From Candidatus Poribacteria bacterium (GTDB taxonomy: Bacteria; Poribacteria; WGA-4E; WGA-3G): a stretch of 64,000 nucleotides of DNA. A model generated the notes under the pieces. It ran no database searches. It had not been told where the DNA came from and worked only from the letters and a program-made list of their open reading frames with translations. The DNA lies in contig JAJEIP010000066.1 of assembly GCA_022827885.1 (NCBI GenBank), positions 33,847-97,846 on the forward strand. Reading direction: 5' to 3'. Made by a program: the position numbers and the translations under genes. Position 1 is the stretch's first letter. Every line of letters starts with the position of its first letter. This document shows, one piece after another, positions 20,721-30,917 of this stretch.

Positions 20721-20816
20721 TTGGGGAGGGATTTGTAACCCCAATGTGGGAGAGGTTTGTAACCCCAATATGGGAGGGGTTTGTAACCCCAATGTGGGAG
20801 GGGTTTGTAACCCCGA
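20721..20816 (+). repeat. Tandem repeat, 4 x 24 bp (TGTGGGAGGGGTTTGTAACCCCAA), REP-like hairpin units
   Basis: Four contiguous near-identical units, each with a GGGGTT-TGT-AACCCC hairpin, between convergent genes. Confidence 0.9.
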
Positions 20817-21626
20817 TTACGTCAATGTAATAACGTCCTTTTTAACGATCTCTTTCGTGTCATAGTGCCCTGCCTGGGAGATGAGTTCCAGGGTTTCCGG
20901 TGACAATCGGGTTCTAACCTCTGGCGGCACTCGACTCTCCCCGCGATGCTGTGGTCTGTAGCGTAAGGTCAGAACACAACGATAGCGATCTTTCGGTTTC
21001 CAAGGCAGCGCACCGTGCGTCAGAAGCTCAGAGATAATCACGAAATCCCCTGCCTTTGGTGTGATGTTAACGACCCCTTCTGGAATATCATCGGCATCCT
21101 TAATTTTGCCGTTGTTATAGAGGTGTTCAGGACGATCGAAAAAGGTTTTGTGTGTGCCGGGAACGACCAGCAACCCGCCATCTCCCGGATGCACGTCGTA
21201 GAGGTAAGGAAAAACGACAAAATCGTCACAAAAGATTCGACCATTTCGGACCTCATAACGGTTGCAGTGCCATCCAAAATCTTCTCGCGCACAATGCAAG
21301 CGGAGTCCTTCTTCCGACTCCGACGCACCCGCCCGATCCGCAATCATTGTACCACGCATCAATTGCGGTTTGTTATTCGTCAGTTCCTTAATGATGGGCC
21401 ACGTCGATCGGTGCATCGTGAGTGCCTCTAAAGGTTTCGCGAAGGCAAAGCCGTTTGGGAGGTTTTTTTCACTGGAATCGAATCCGGGTGGAAGTTCTTC
21501 GGTAGGGGTATTGATGTATTCATTCGCTGCTGCTTGTGCCGCTTTCAGCTCTTCGTCCGTCATGACGTTCTCTAAGTGAAGGTATCCGGTAACATCGAAA
21601 AGATACCGTTGTTCAGGGGTCATCAT
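20817..21626 (-). CDS. PhyH family Fe(II)/2OG enzyme with a non-canonical H-C-A metal motif
   Basis: YLFDVTGYLHLENV, LHCA, GGLLVVPGTHK, KAGDFVIISELLTHG. Confidence 0.85.
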   Translation of the reverse strand: MMTPEQRYLFDVTGYLHLENVMTDEELKAAQAAANEYINTPTEELPPGFDSSEKNLPNGFAFAKPLEALTMHRSTWPIIKELTNNKPQLMRGTMIADRAGASESEEGLRLHCAREDFGWHCNRYEVRNGRIFCDDFVVFPYLYDVHPGDGGLLVVPGTHKTFFDRPEHLYNNGKIKDADDIPEGVVNITPKAGDFVIISELLTHGALPWKPKDRYRCVLTLRYRPQHRGESRVPPEVRTRLSPETLELISQAGHYDTKEIVKKDVITLT

Positions 21627-21767
21627 AGTATTTACTCCTTTGGGACTTAGGCAATTGAATGTAGGTTGGGTTGAGCGGAAATCATAGAAGTTCCCGAGAA
21701 CAAAGATTCACCTTTGGGTTCAGGGCATTTTGAAATCATTGAAACCGTAGCGAAACCCAACACAAGT

Positions 21768-23033
21768 CTAAACCGATGCTTCCCACACTGGCCAATCGCT
21801 CTCCTGTAATTGCTTAAAGAGTTGGTCAAAGCCTTCACTCCCGTCATCTTCCCATTCATCCAAACGCACCCCCGGCGCATAAGATTCGTCTACACCCTGT
21901 TTCATGAGGCGTTCCGCCTGTTGTAGGTTTCGGTAGTAATGCTTTATGCCACCCGGTAAGGTGACAACAGAGACGTGTCGTTTCCATGTAGGTTCAGGCG
22001 TTTCGGAATACCGTTTCACAGCAGCTTCATCTAATGCCACACCGAGACCGGGACCCTCTGGCACCTGCATAAATCCGCGCTGAACTTTGTGCGGTGTAAC
22101 AATTAAGTCGCTTTCATAAGCGTGGCTTGCAGTGACGCCCGGCAGGGTCGCTGTCGGGATCACGGCTCCCAGATGACACGCAAATGCCGCTGTAATGCCA
22201 GTACCGACATACTGGAGTAGGATCGGTGTATTCGCAGCAGCGAAAGCCCACCCCGATGCCAACGCACTTTTGACACTTTCATGGCTACACAGCGCACCGT
22301 CAAAATCGCCTGCCCGAAGCCCAATCCACGGACCTGAAGGCTGACGCGATGCTCCCTCCCGGATAACACCAACACCGTGTAGATAGAACGGGATCCGAAT
22401 CTCTTGATGCAGCCGTCGCCACCCCTCCACATCATAAGCGAAAATCGGTTCTTCGAGACCCTTGACAACCGGAATTTTCTCCAGTTCCCGTAGGATGGGG
22501 AGTGCTTTCTCAACGTTGATTAACGAGCCGTTGAAGTCGAATTCCACGCGAAAGTCAGGCGGCGCGACCTCTTGGATTGCCTTTGACTGCTCAACGACAT
22601 CGTAGAAGGCGCGCGCCTTACACTTCAGACCGCGATACCCCCGTTCAGCAGCGACTTGAACCTCAGCAGCCGTATCTTCAGGCGACATACACGGCATCCA
22701 CCACCCCATCGCAACCCACTCCCGAACCTGTTGACCCATCAATTTCCATGCTGGCAGACCGAGATGTTTCCCCATCAGGTCGTAACACGCCATGTCGAGA
22801 TTAAAACGACCCTCACCCATGACGTGATCGAACGGGTTCGTACCGAGATAGGTATCCAACACCTCCTGATCAAACGGCGGTCCCGGGTTCTCTCCGAGAC
22901 CGATGAGACCGGTATCGGTATAAAATTTATAGACCGTGACCAATTCGGTCATCGCAAAATGGTGGTATCTCTTACGAATCCGTTCCTCGTAAGGCACACG
23001 TAATGGAATTGATTCAATCTCGGTGATTTTCAT
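21768..23033 (-). CDS. Mandelate racemase/muconate lactonizing enzyme family protein
   Basis: MKITEIE, TDTGLIGLGE, DMACYDLMGK, LKCK, EEP, VPEGPGLGV. Confidence 0.85.
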   Translation of the reverse strand: MKITEIESIPLRVPYEERIRKRYHHFAMTELVTVYKFYTDTGLIGLGENPGPPFDQEVLDTYLGTNPFDHVMGEGRFNLDMACYDLMGKHLGLPAWKLMGQQVREWVAMGWWMPCMSPEDTAAEVQVAAERGYRGLKCKARAFYDVVEQSKAIQEVAPPDFRVEFDFNGSLINVEKALPILRELEKIPVVKGLEEPIFAYDVEGWRRLHQEIRIPFYLHGVGVIREGASRQPSGPWIGLRAGDFDGALCSHESVKSALASGWAFAAANTPILLQYVGTGITAAFACHLGAVIPTATLPGVTASHAYESDLIVTPHKVQRGFMQVPEGPGLGVALDEAAVKRYSETPEPTWKRHVSVVTLPGGIKHYYRNLQQAERLMKQGVDESYAPGVRLDEWEDDGSEGFDQLFKQLQESDWPVWEASV

Positions 23034-23314
23034 TTTTTTAACGATGGCTCCTAAGCCGCTGGATCGTATTCTCCCGCAGGTTCCTTCATAGGCTTGCGTA
23101 ATACAGATTTCCTTCGTGTTTTCAGGATATTTTATCAAAGGCTGTGAAAAGAGTCAAACCTAAACCGAAAATCTCTTAAGCAGAAAATCGAAGTTACGGG
23201 AGAATTGAATGCCTCTGTCCAACCTGAAATAATTTGCCCTTTAAATCAAAATGTAGTATTATTAAGAGACATATTGAGCTGAAGAACGTGAGGAATAGGG
23301 GGTGGTATCGCAGA

Positions 23315-23935
23315 ATGGCATTTAGCGATTTCAAAAAAATCTCTGAAGTCCAAGAAAAATTCAGAATCAAATATACGGCGAGTGCCTTTTTCGAGGTTGA
23401 AACAACGAGTCCTCCAGAGCAATTCCTTCAAGAATTTCAGTTCACCCTGCAACACATCAACGTTTTTTCGTCTGAGGCATCACGGTGTGAGGCGATCATC
23501 TTTCCTGTTTTAAGGGAGGTTTATAAAGCGTATGCCGATACTTATGCCCTCTGGATACAGGAACCCATCACCTACGATGAAACTTTGAGTGGCACGCCGG
23601 ATTACCTCATCGCTACAAAATCCGAATTGGGCATGACAGTTGTCGGCACACCCTTGATACTGCTGGTTGAGGCGAAGAAAAACGACTTTGAGCAAGGCTG
23701 GGGGCAATGCCTCGCAGAGTTGGTAGCCGCACAAAAAATCAACGCTGATCCGGATGTTCCCGTCTACGGTATTGTGAGCGATGGAACATCGTGGCAATTT
23801 GGGAAACTTGTCGGCGACGCATTCATCCAAAATAGGACGAGTTTTAACGTTGATAATTTGCCAATGCTCTTCGGTGCCATTAATGCCGTTTTCAAAGCGG
23901 CGGGTCAGACAGAAGCAACGCGGAGCAGGCATTGA
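23315..23935 (+). CDS. PD-(D/E)XK nuclease-like protein (HsdR N-terminal-like family)
   Basis: GTPDY...LVEAKK...GQCLAELVAAQ...YGIVSDGTSWQF. Confidence 0.7.
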   Translation: MAFSDFKKISEVQEKFRIKYTASAFFEVETTSPPEQFLQEFQFTLQHINVFSSEASRCEAIIFPVLREVYKAYADTYALWIQEPITYDETLSGTPDYLIATKSELGMTVVGTPLILLVEAKKNDFEQGWGQCLAELVAAQKINADPDVPVYGIVSDGTSWQFGKLVGDAFIQNRTSFNVDNLPMLFGAINAVFKAAGQTEATRSRH

Positions 23936-24552
23936 AAAACGGGTCGAGATTTCTCCAATTCCTATTGTGCGGCATCATGATCGGCGGTTTCGTCGGATGT
24001 GATTCGCCTAACACTCAGAAGCAGCCTTACGAAAACCTCGTTTTTAAGGTCGATAAGACCCGACTTGAACCTGCAGTAGAAGATACAACGCTCAGAATCA
24101 AAATAGCCGCACCGAAAAATTGGAAAAAAATTGACGATCCAATGCTCGCGCAGGTCATTAACGAATTGGATACTCAACCCACCCCTGAACTGCAGATAGT
24201 GCCGCGATGGATTTTCTTGGATAAGAGTTCACAAGCAATGTGTATCGTGTCAAAGTTAAATGGTGTGGAAATTGCACCAGACGAAACCTTGCTAAAAACC
24301 CTCACAACTGCCTACCAAAACCAATTCCCAAACGCAACGGTTCGACAGGCAGTTTTTATGAAAGATGCATTTCGTATCCATCAATTAATGGTTATTGCTG
24401 CCGATTTTGTACGCATCAAACTGATATGCGACGCACCGGAAACCCTCGTTTTTGAGGTCGACTACCGCGTCCCAAGAGATGTTTACCAAACAGAACTGCG
24501 AGCCATTGAATCCTCAATTGGTTCTATTAATCTAATCCACAAACGACAATAG
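23932..24552 (+). CDS. Hypothetical lipoprotein
   Basis: Signal peptide with FVGC lipobox; overlaps the upstream stop codon. Confidence 0.6.
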   Translation: MKNGSRFLQFLLCGIMIGGFVGCDSPNTQKQPYENLVFKVDKTRLEPAVEDTTLRIKIAAPKNWKKIDDPMLAQVINELDTQPTPELQIVPRWIFLDKSSQAMCIVSKLNGVEIAPDETLLKTLTTAYQNQFPNATVRQAVFMKDAFRIHQLMVIAADFVRIKLICDAPETLVFEVDYRVPRDVYQTELRAIESSIGSINLIHKRQ

Positions 24553-24587
24553 GCACGCTGTGAAAACGTGCCTCCAAGGAGAAATTT

Positions 24588-24881
24588 ATGTTCAAAAAAC
24601 TTTCCGCTGTACTTCTCATCGTGGGAATGTTGTTCGTCATTGGTTGTGCGACACACATACACACAGTCGGGAACGGGGCACAAGGCACCGACCTGATCGA
24701 ATCACGGCAATGGTATGTGCTGTGGGGCCTGGTACCGATCAACGAGGTTGATACACAGGCAATGGCGGGTGAGGCAACCGATTATGACATCATCACCGAA
24801 GTTAACGTGCTTGATGCTGTTATCAATGCTTTTGTCGGTAGTGCAACAATCTATTGCCGCACAGTAACTGTCCTGAAGTAA
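24588..24881 (+). CDS. Bor/Iss-like small lipoprotein
   Basis: VIGCA lipobox, WYVLWGLVP, IYCRTVTV pattern typical of Bor-like proteins. Confidence 0.65.
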   Translation: MFKKLSAVLLIVGMLFVIGCATHIHTVGNGAQGTDLIESRQWYVLWGLVPINEVDTQAMAGEATDYDIITEVNVLDAVINAFVGSATIYCRTVTVLK

Positions 24882-24961
24882 CCCATCGCTGGTTCAAGCA
24901 GCGCACAGGCAAAGTAGATGTCTGTCTTATCGTTGGACACTACTTTGCCATATCCGACCCT

Positions 24962-26035
24962 TCACGGCACCAACTGCACCTTAATCGAATCCGACCCTTC
25001 CTGAACCAATTCAAATCCCATAAGATAGTCCTCCAACGGCAATTGATGCGTCACAATATGCTCGACCGCGATGAGACCGCGATGAATGTAATCAATCGCC
25101 AATGGATACGCATACGGACCTAAGTGCGAACCGTGGATATTCAACTCCTTTGTGTCCCCAATAATCGTCCAGTCCACAGTTACCGGTTCCCGCATGACAC
25201 TGAATTCGACGAAAGTGCCCGCCTTCCGAATCATGTGCAGTCCCTGCTCAACCGCCTTTGGGTGTCCCGTTGCCTCGATATAGACATCGCACCCGTAGCC
25301 TTCTGTGAGGTCTAACACCTCTTGAACAGCATTCGTTTCCGATGGGTTAATCCCGATATCTGCGCCCAACTTTTTGGCGACCTCTAACCGTTTCGGCATC
25401 AGGTCAATAGCGATAAGCACCCCCGGATTTTTCAACTTCGCTGCGCCGATCATACCGAGTCCGAGAGTCCCTGCACCCGCAATTACAACGACATCACCGA
25501 ACTCAATGTTTCCGCGTTGCACAGCATGAATAGAACAAGCGAGCGGTTCGATCACTGCAGCATTCGCTGTCGGAATATCGGAAGGGACTTTGTAGACAAG
25601 CGAGCGCGCCGGAAACTTCATATAGTCCGCCATACCACCGTTCACAACAGGTTGAAACCCGTATATGTTATGGACTTGGCAGAGCCAATACTTCCCGGTT
25701 CGACAATACCGACACTCCCAACACGGGACTATCTGCTCTGCGATAGCCGTATCACCGATTTCAAGCTTATATTTCTCACCTGCCCCTGGACCGAGTTCTA
25801 CGACTTCACCGATGAATTCGTGTCCGGCAATAACGGGTGCCTCCACGTATGGTTCGCGGTGTTCATCGCCCCAGAAAAGCGGCGCGCCTGTATAACATTT
25901 GATGTCGCTCGCGCAAACCCCGCATGCATTCACCTTAATGACGACTTCACCGGGACCTGCCTCCGGCAGTGGCACCTCTTCGAGGCGGTAATCCCACGGT
26001 TCGCGACACATAATCGCTCGCATCGTTTTCGACAT
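24962..26035 (-). CDS. Zn-dependent polyol dehydrogenase (erythritol/L-threitol dehydrogenase-like)
   Basis: CGVCASD, GHEFIG, CWECRYCRTG...C, GAGTLG, IIGDTKELNIHGSHLGP. Confidence 0.85.
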   Translation of the reverse strand: MSKTMRAIMCREPWDYRLEEVPLPEAGPGEVVIKVNACGVCASDIKCYTGAPLFWGDEHREPYVEAPVIAGHEFIGEVVELGPGAGEKYKLEIGDTAIAEQIVPCWECRYCRTGKYWLCQVHNIYGFQPVVNGGMADYMKFPARSLVYKVPSDIPTANAAVIEPLACSIHAVQRGNIEFGDVVVIAGAGTLGLGMIGAAKLKNPGVLIAIDLMPKRLEVAKKLGADIGINPSETNAVQEVLDLTEGYGCDVYIEATGHPKAVEQGLHMIRKAGTFVEFSVMREPVTVDWTIIGDTKELNIHGSHLGPYAYPLAIDYIHRGLIAVEHIVTHQLPLEDYLMGFELVQEGSDSIKVQLVP

Positions 26036-26223
26036 TTTTCTAACTATGGCCTCCCAGCCTGCCCTCTACTTCGTTGCGAGCAGGTTTTCAGTAAGTCTTG
26101 GACACGGGGGTATGCGAAGGGTCCGCGAAAGAAACAAAGCACGTAGCACGTAATATAATGGAGTGCGGATTTAAGGAACACATTTGATAGTCCAAGCCCA
26201 CGTAGTTCCTCCGCAAGGTAAAA

Positions 26224-26736
26224 TTAAAATTGATGTAAGATGTGGTAGGCGGCGATACCGAGCGAGACATGAACGTTCAATGAGGCACCCGCGCCATACA
26301 TCGGAAGATAAATGATCCTGTCACAGGCAGCAAGCGTTCGTTTCGTTACCCCGTGGTCCTCATGCCCTACGATAAGACAGATTTTGTCTGGATAGTCTAT
26401 CTCATCATAACGGATGGATTGCGCAGTAACTTCTAAAGCGCAGCTCGTGTAGCCATCGGCTTTCAGCGATGCAATCGCGTCCGCTGCCTGCTCTGTGTAT
26501 CGCCATTTGACCCGTCGGTGTTTCCCGCGCGCCACTTTGCGCACCAGTGGATGGGGCGGTTGTGCGCTGATACCTGTCAAAATCAGTTCTTTCACACGGC
26601 ACGCGTCCGCTATCCGAAATACGGAACCGACATTCACCGGGTCTTGGACGTCTTGTAAGATAAAAACCAGTTCTCTTTCCGGCGGTTTCACCTGCTTCAG
26701 AAAGTCTTTGAGCGGTTTGCCGCGTAGTTGCTTCAA
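26224..26736 (-). CDS. SpoU/TrmH family RNA methyltransferase
   Basis: DPVNVGSVFRIADA, VGHEDHGV, LPMYG..ASLNVHVS; start probably TTG 26736 (ATG 26787 lies inside a repeat element). Confidence 0.85.
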   Translation of the reverse strand: MKQLRGKPLKDFLKQVKPPERELVFILQDVQDPVNVGSVFRIADACRVKELILTGISAQPPHPLVRKVARGKHRRVKWRYTEQAADAIASLKADGYTSCALEVTAQSIRYDEIDYPDKICLIVGHEDHGVTKRTLAACDRIIYLPMYGAGASLNVHVSLGIAAYHILHQF

Positions 26737-26892
26737 TATTTTTAGTTTTCCTTGCGGTTCGGTCAGGCGGGTTTGGATAGGGGACATTCCGCTCCGTACA
26801 TCCGCCCTCCACTACGTTACGGGCTACGCGCTTTTCTAAATGCACATCCGACTCTAATTTACCTTGCGGTTCGGTAAGATTGGAAACTCCAT

Positions 26893-27687
26893 TTAAGCCG
26901 CTTTACGTTGTATCAAACGTCGTCTCGCACTCGCACGTGCAAGCCTGACATCCAACGTGATGTGGTGATAATCGCTGATACCGAGGTTGATCGCATGTGC
27001 CGTTTCGAGGTTAAAACCCCACTCAATCCATTCCGGCATATCTGCCTCTGGAATATTACCCGCAACAATAACCTTCATGATGCTGATGCCTTTACCGAGC
27101 GAATACGCGCGTTCAATGTATTCCAGATGCCGATCAAAGGGACCGCCTTCTAACATCTTACCCTCTTTGTTCGCTGTCGTCAAAATGACATCAAGTTCCG
27201 GATGCTCAATCACTGCGTCCATCACTGGACCTGTGTATAGGTGTGTAGAACAGCCAATAACTCGGATTTTGCCAGCCGCTTTTGCTTCTCGGAACGCCTC
27301 GAGTGCGCCTTCTCGCGATTCTAAATCTTCAGGTGAGGAGATACCGTGCAATAAGAGAACATCTAAGTAATCCGTCTGCATTTCCTGAAGAGAACGTGTA
27401 ATGCTTGCCTTGGCACCCTCATAATCTTTCGCGCCGGTTTTCGTTTGGATGATGACTTCATCCCGAGCAATCTGACGGACTGCCGCTCCGAGATGCGGTT
27501 GACTGCCGTAACCTTCGGCGGTATCCCAGAACGTAATCCCTTCGTCAAGTGCTTTCAACATCAGTTTACCGCCGGCTTCATAGTTTTCGCAGGTGTTGTT
27601 GAGATGTCCTGCCCCGAAACAGAGGCGTGAGATTTCTAAACCCGTTTTTCCATAAGCTAAATATTCCATCTTGTCCTCCACATCCAA
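26893..27687 (-). CDS. Aldo/keto reductase
   Basis: GKTGLEISRLCFG, WDTAEGYG, IQTK, DYLDVLLLH, GKIRVIGCS. Confidence 0.9.
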   Translation of the reverse strand: MDVEDKMEYLAYGKTGLEISRLCFGAGHLNNTCENYEAGGKLMLKALDEGITFWDTAEGYGSQPHLGAAVRQIARDEVIIQTKTGAKDYEGAKASITRSLQEMQTDYLDVLLLHGISSPEDLESREGALEAFREAKAAGKIRVIGCSTHLYTGPVMDAVIEHPELDVILTTANKEGKMLEGGPFDRHLEYIERAYSLGKGISIMKVIVAGNIPEADMPEWIEWGFNLETAHAINLGISDYHHITLDVRLARASARRRLIQRKAA

Positions 27688-28097
27688 TTTGTTATGGTAA
27701 AGGCGACAATTGAGTAACCTTATCCTTTAACGGAAGGGGGTTCGTAGGGGCGAGGTCGCCTCGCCCGTCTCGTCTGTAATTTCTTTATAGTTTTAAGATT
27801 TTCCATGATTATCGAAGATTCCATCATTATGGTAATCACATAAATCATATAAATCCTGGTCAAAACTGGCTCAGATAGTCCTGAATATACTTTAACTGAA
27901 TTTCTCCAAAAAATGCAACTCTTTTTTCTTGGTAACAAATCCGTTTTCAGGTATTATAGAAACCATTGAGAATCTTCAGTGTTTGCGGAGTAAGGCTCGG
28001 GTGGAGGGTCGCACGGTCGGACACCTATCTTTCCATTCTTCCATCCAAGGGACTTTCAGTCTTCTATTCCGCGCTGAATGCCGCCTGCTAAAAAAAT

Positions 28098-29255
28098 ATG
28101 AAATTCAATGGACATACACTTTTCGATAACATCCCTACCGAAATCGTCCTGACTGACCGGCGCGTTCAAACAATTCGCGAAGTAGACGCCGTCAACAGCG
28201 AGGTATGGATCGCACCCGCGTTGGTAGATATTCAGGTGAACGGTTTCGCCGGATTCGACCTCAATGTCGCTACCGTTACGTCGGAAGATGTATCTGCAAT
28301 GGTCCACGCCCTGTGGCGAGTCGGCACCGGTTTTTTGTGTCCGACAGTTGTAACGGGTTCTTTCGAGGGAATCGGTAATTCCCTGCGTGCCATTCTGAAA
28401 GCGTGTGAAGTGGATTCACGTGTTGCCCACTCAGTGCTTGGAATTCACTTGGAGGGACCCTATATCTCCGCAGAGGATGGACCGCGGGGAGCACACCCGT
28501 TAGAGCATGTGAGAGAACCGGATTGGGACGAATTTCAGCGGTGGCAGGATATTGCCGAAGGGCAAATCAAAATCGTAACGCTTGCCCCTGAGAAAAAGGG
28601 TGCCATTCCGTTTATTGAAAAACTAATCGCGAATGGGGTTATCGTCGCATTGGGACACACGGCTGCTTCAGCGGACGATATTCGAGCGGCAATTGACGCT
28701 GGTGCGAAACTTTCTACACATCTCGGCAATGGAGCGCACGCCTTAATCCGTCGCCATCCGAATTATATTTGGGAGCAACTCGGTGCTGATGAACTCTGGG
28801 CAAGCCTCATTGTTGATGGACACCACCTACCGCCTACTGTCGCCAAGTCAATGATACGTGCAAAGACGCTGGATCGGTGCCTTCTGGTCAGCGATGCTGT
28901 CGCTTTAGCGGGAATGCGACCCGGTATCTATCAGTTTGCAGGAAAATCGGTGGAGTTGACCGCAGAACGGTGTGTCCGGTTGGTCGGGACAGAGTATCTC
29001 GCAGGTTCTGCCATTGAATTGGCACGCGGTATTGAGAACAGTGTTCGGTTTGCAGGTATCTCCCTAAAAGAAGCAGTTTCGCTCGCTACCCTACAACCGA
29101 TGCGTTTCCTTGACGCAAAAAAACGCGTAGAGGCACAGACAAACCTGATTCTCTTTGAATGGGATACAGCAGAATGCGAACTCAATCTGCTGGCGACAAT
29201 TATTGCAGACGAATTGGTATATCATTCAGAGGCTTGGTCTACGGAAGGGAATTAA
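28098..29255 (+). CDS. nagA: N-acetylglucosamine-6-phosphate deacetylase
   Basis: DIQVNG, GIHLEGPYIS, GAHP, TLAPE, LGHT, THLGNG, DGHH, VSDA. Confidence 0.85.
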   Translation: MKFNGHTLFDNIPTEIVLTDRRVQTIREVDAVNSEVWIAPALVDIQVNGFAGFDLNVATVTSEDVSAMVHALWRVGTGFLCPTVVTGSFEGIGNSLRAILKACEVDSRVAHSVLGIHLEGPYISAEDGPRGAHPLEHVREPDWDEFQRWQDIAEGQIKIVTLAPEKKGAIPFIEKLIANGVIVALGHTAASADDIRAAIDAGAKLSTHLGNGAHALIRRHPNYIWEQLGADELWASLIVDGHHLPPTVAKSMIRAKTLDRCLLVSDAVALAGMRPGIYQFAGKSVELTAERCVRLVGTEYLAGSAIELARGIENSVRFAGISLKEAVSLATLQPMRFLDAKKRVEAQTNLILFEWDTAECELNLLATIIADELVYHSEAWSTEGN

Positions 29256-29354
29256 TATGAAACCCAAGCCTGTAAGCGTAGCGGAGGGCGGCTCGTGAGA
29301 AGGTACGTCAAAGATGAAACCCGCATTATTCATCCGCAAGATAAAATTAGAAAA

Positions 29355-30917
29355 GTGACCCTCCTCGTCTTCTGTTTCGCAGTATCGCTGGTTTCCGCAC
29401 AACAAACCCATCACGGATCTGGCGATGAACAGTCCAAATATTATGCCCGCGGGATGCGTGCACTCCAATTAGGGCTTTACGACGAGGCAATCGCCGATTT
29501 TCAGCGGGTCTTACAGGTGAACCCACAAAATGCCGCGGCGTACTGCGAACTCGGTGCAGCTTACAGGTTCAAAGAACAAACCGACGAGGCGTTAGCGGCA
29601 TATCTTCGCGCACTGGAATTACCTGCCTCCCCTCAAACGCACGGTGTTGCCCATGTCTGTCTGGCGAGACTTTACCATTCCCAAGGCAGGTTTGCAGACG
29701 CTGAAAACCACGGACAGCACGCCGTCGCTATGCTACCAAAGAATCCCGAACCCTTTTTCCGACTCGCGGATACATACCTACAAAGAGGGAAGTTGGCGTT
29801 GGCGCAGCGAATGTATCAGCAGGCACTCGCACTGGATACGAACCTCGTCCCGGTCTATCACGGATTGGGTAGGATTGCGTTCCTACAGGACAGATTAGAG
29901 GAAGCCGTTCGATATTACCAAAAGGCACTTACGCTTGCACCATATCACGCTGAAACCCATTACAACCTCGGACTCGTGTATCGGCGTTTGGGACGGAGTT
30001 CCGTAGGAGGGGTTTCTAACCCCGATGCCTTACAGAATCTGGCGGAAGCGAAAAACCTGATGACCGCTTTCCAACGGGTGAAAACCTATAACGAGCAGAC
30101 GAACCGGTATCGCAGACGCTTGTTGGAACAACCGACTGCCTTGGAACCGCGTGTGAAATTAGCAGAGGCACACATTGAAATGGGCAATCGTAAGGAAGCG
30201 ATTCGTGTTTATCAAATCGCTACAGCGTTGCATCCCAATACACTCCAACTCTATCACAATTTGGGTGGACTTTACATGCAGACCGGACAGTTAGCGGAAG
30301 CAGTCTCCGCTTTTCAACGCCTGATTGCACTTGATGATACAGATGCAGAGGCACATCTTCACCTCGGTTGGCTGCACGCTCGTCAACGGAAGTTCGCCGA
30401 AGCACAGACTTACCTTCAAACCGCGATTCAACGGGATAAAAATTTAACCCCGGCCTACTATGGACTCGCGGAAACCTACGCACAACAACACAGGTTTGCC
30501 GACGCGATTGCTGTTTACCAACAATTGATAGCCATCCATCCCAATGACGCAAAAGCGTGGGTGCGACAGGGCGTGCTTCGTCTAAAACAGAAGCAGGTCC
30601 CAGAGGCTATTCACGCATTTACGCAAGCGATTACCGTGGATGAAAACTCAGCGGATGCGCATAACAATCTCGCATGGCTTTACGCCTCACAAGGCGAACA
30701 TTTGCAGCGCGCTGTTGAATTGGCGGAACGGGCTGTCGCGTTGGACGTGAATGCCGCTCGCTTGGATACGCTCGCTTACGCATACTACCGCTCTGGGGCA
30801 TACACGCAGGCGGAACAATCTATCTTACGCGCAATTGATTTAGAACCCAAAAATACCGCCTACAAAGACCGCTTGAACGAGATTCGGCAGGCGATGGAGG
30901 AGGCAAAAAAGCAGTGA
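29355..30917 (+). CDS. Tetratricopeptide repeat protein
   Basis: Many TPR units, NNLAWLYA, LDTLAYAYY; start placed at GTG 29355 after the repeat element (ORF track start is 29295). Confidence 0.85.
   Translation: MTLLVFCFAVSLVSAQQTHHGSGDEQSKYYARGMRALQLGLYDEAIADFQRVLQVNPQNAAAYCELGAAYRFKEQTDEALAAYLRALELPASPQTHGVAHVCLARLYHSQGRFADAENHGQHAVAMLPKNPEPFFRLADTYLQRGKLALAQRMYQQALALDTNLVPVYHGLGRIAFLQDRLEEAVRYYQKALTLAPYHAETHYNLGLVYRRLGRSSVGGVSNPDALQNLAEAKNLMTAFQRVKTYNEQTNRYRRRLLEQPTALEPRVKLAEAHIEMGNRKEAIRVYQIATALHPNTLQLYHNLGGLYMQTGQLAEAVSAFQRLIALDDTDAEAHLHLGWLHARQRKFAEAQTYLQTAIQRDKNLTPAYYGLAETYAQQHRFADAIAVYQQLIAIHPNDAKAWVRQGVLRLKQKQVPEAIHAFTQAITVDENSADAHNNLAWLYASQGEHLQRAVELAERAVALDVNAARLDTLAYAYYRSGAYTQAEQSILRAIDLEPKNTAYKDRLNEIRQAMEEAKKQ

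Noticed and set aside
20721-20816. Possible CRISPR array
   Set aside because: The 24-bp units are contiguous with no unique spacers, and there are no cas genes; this is a tandem REP-like repeat
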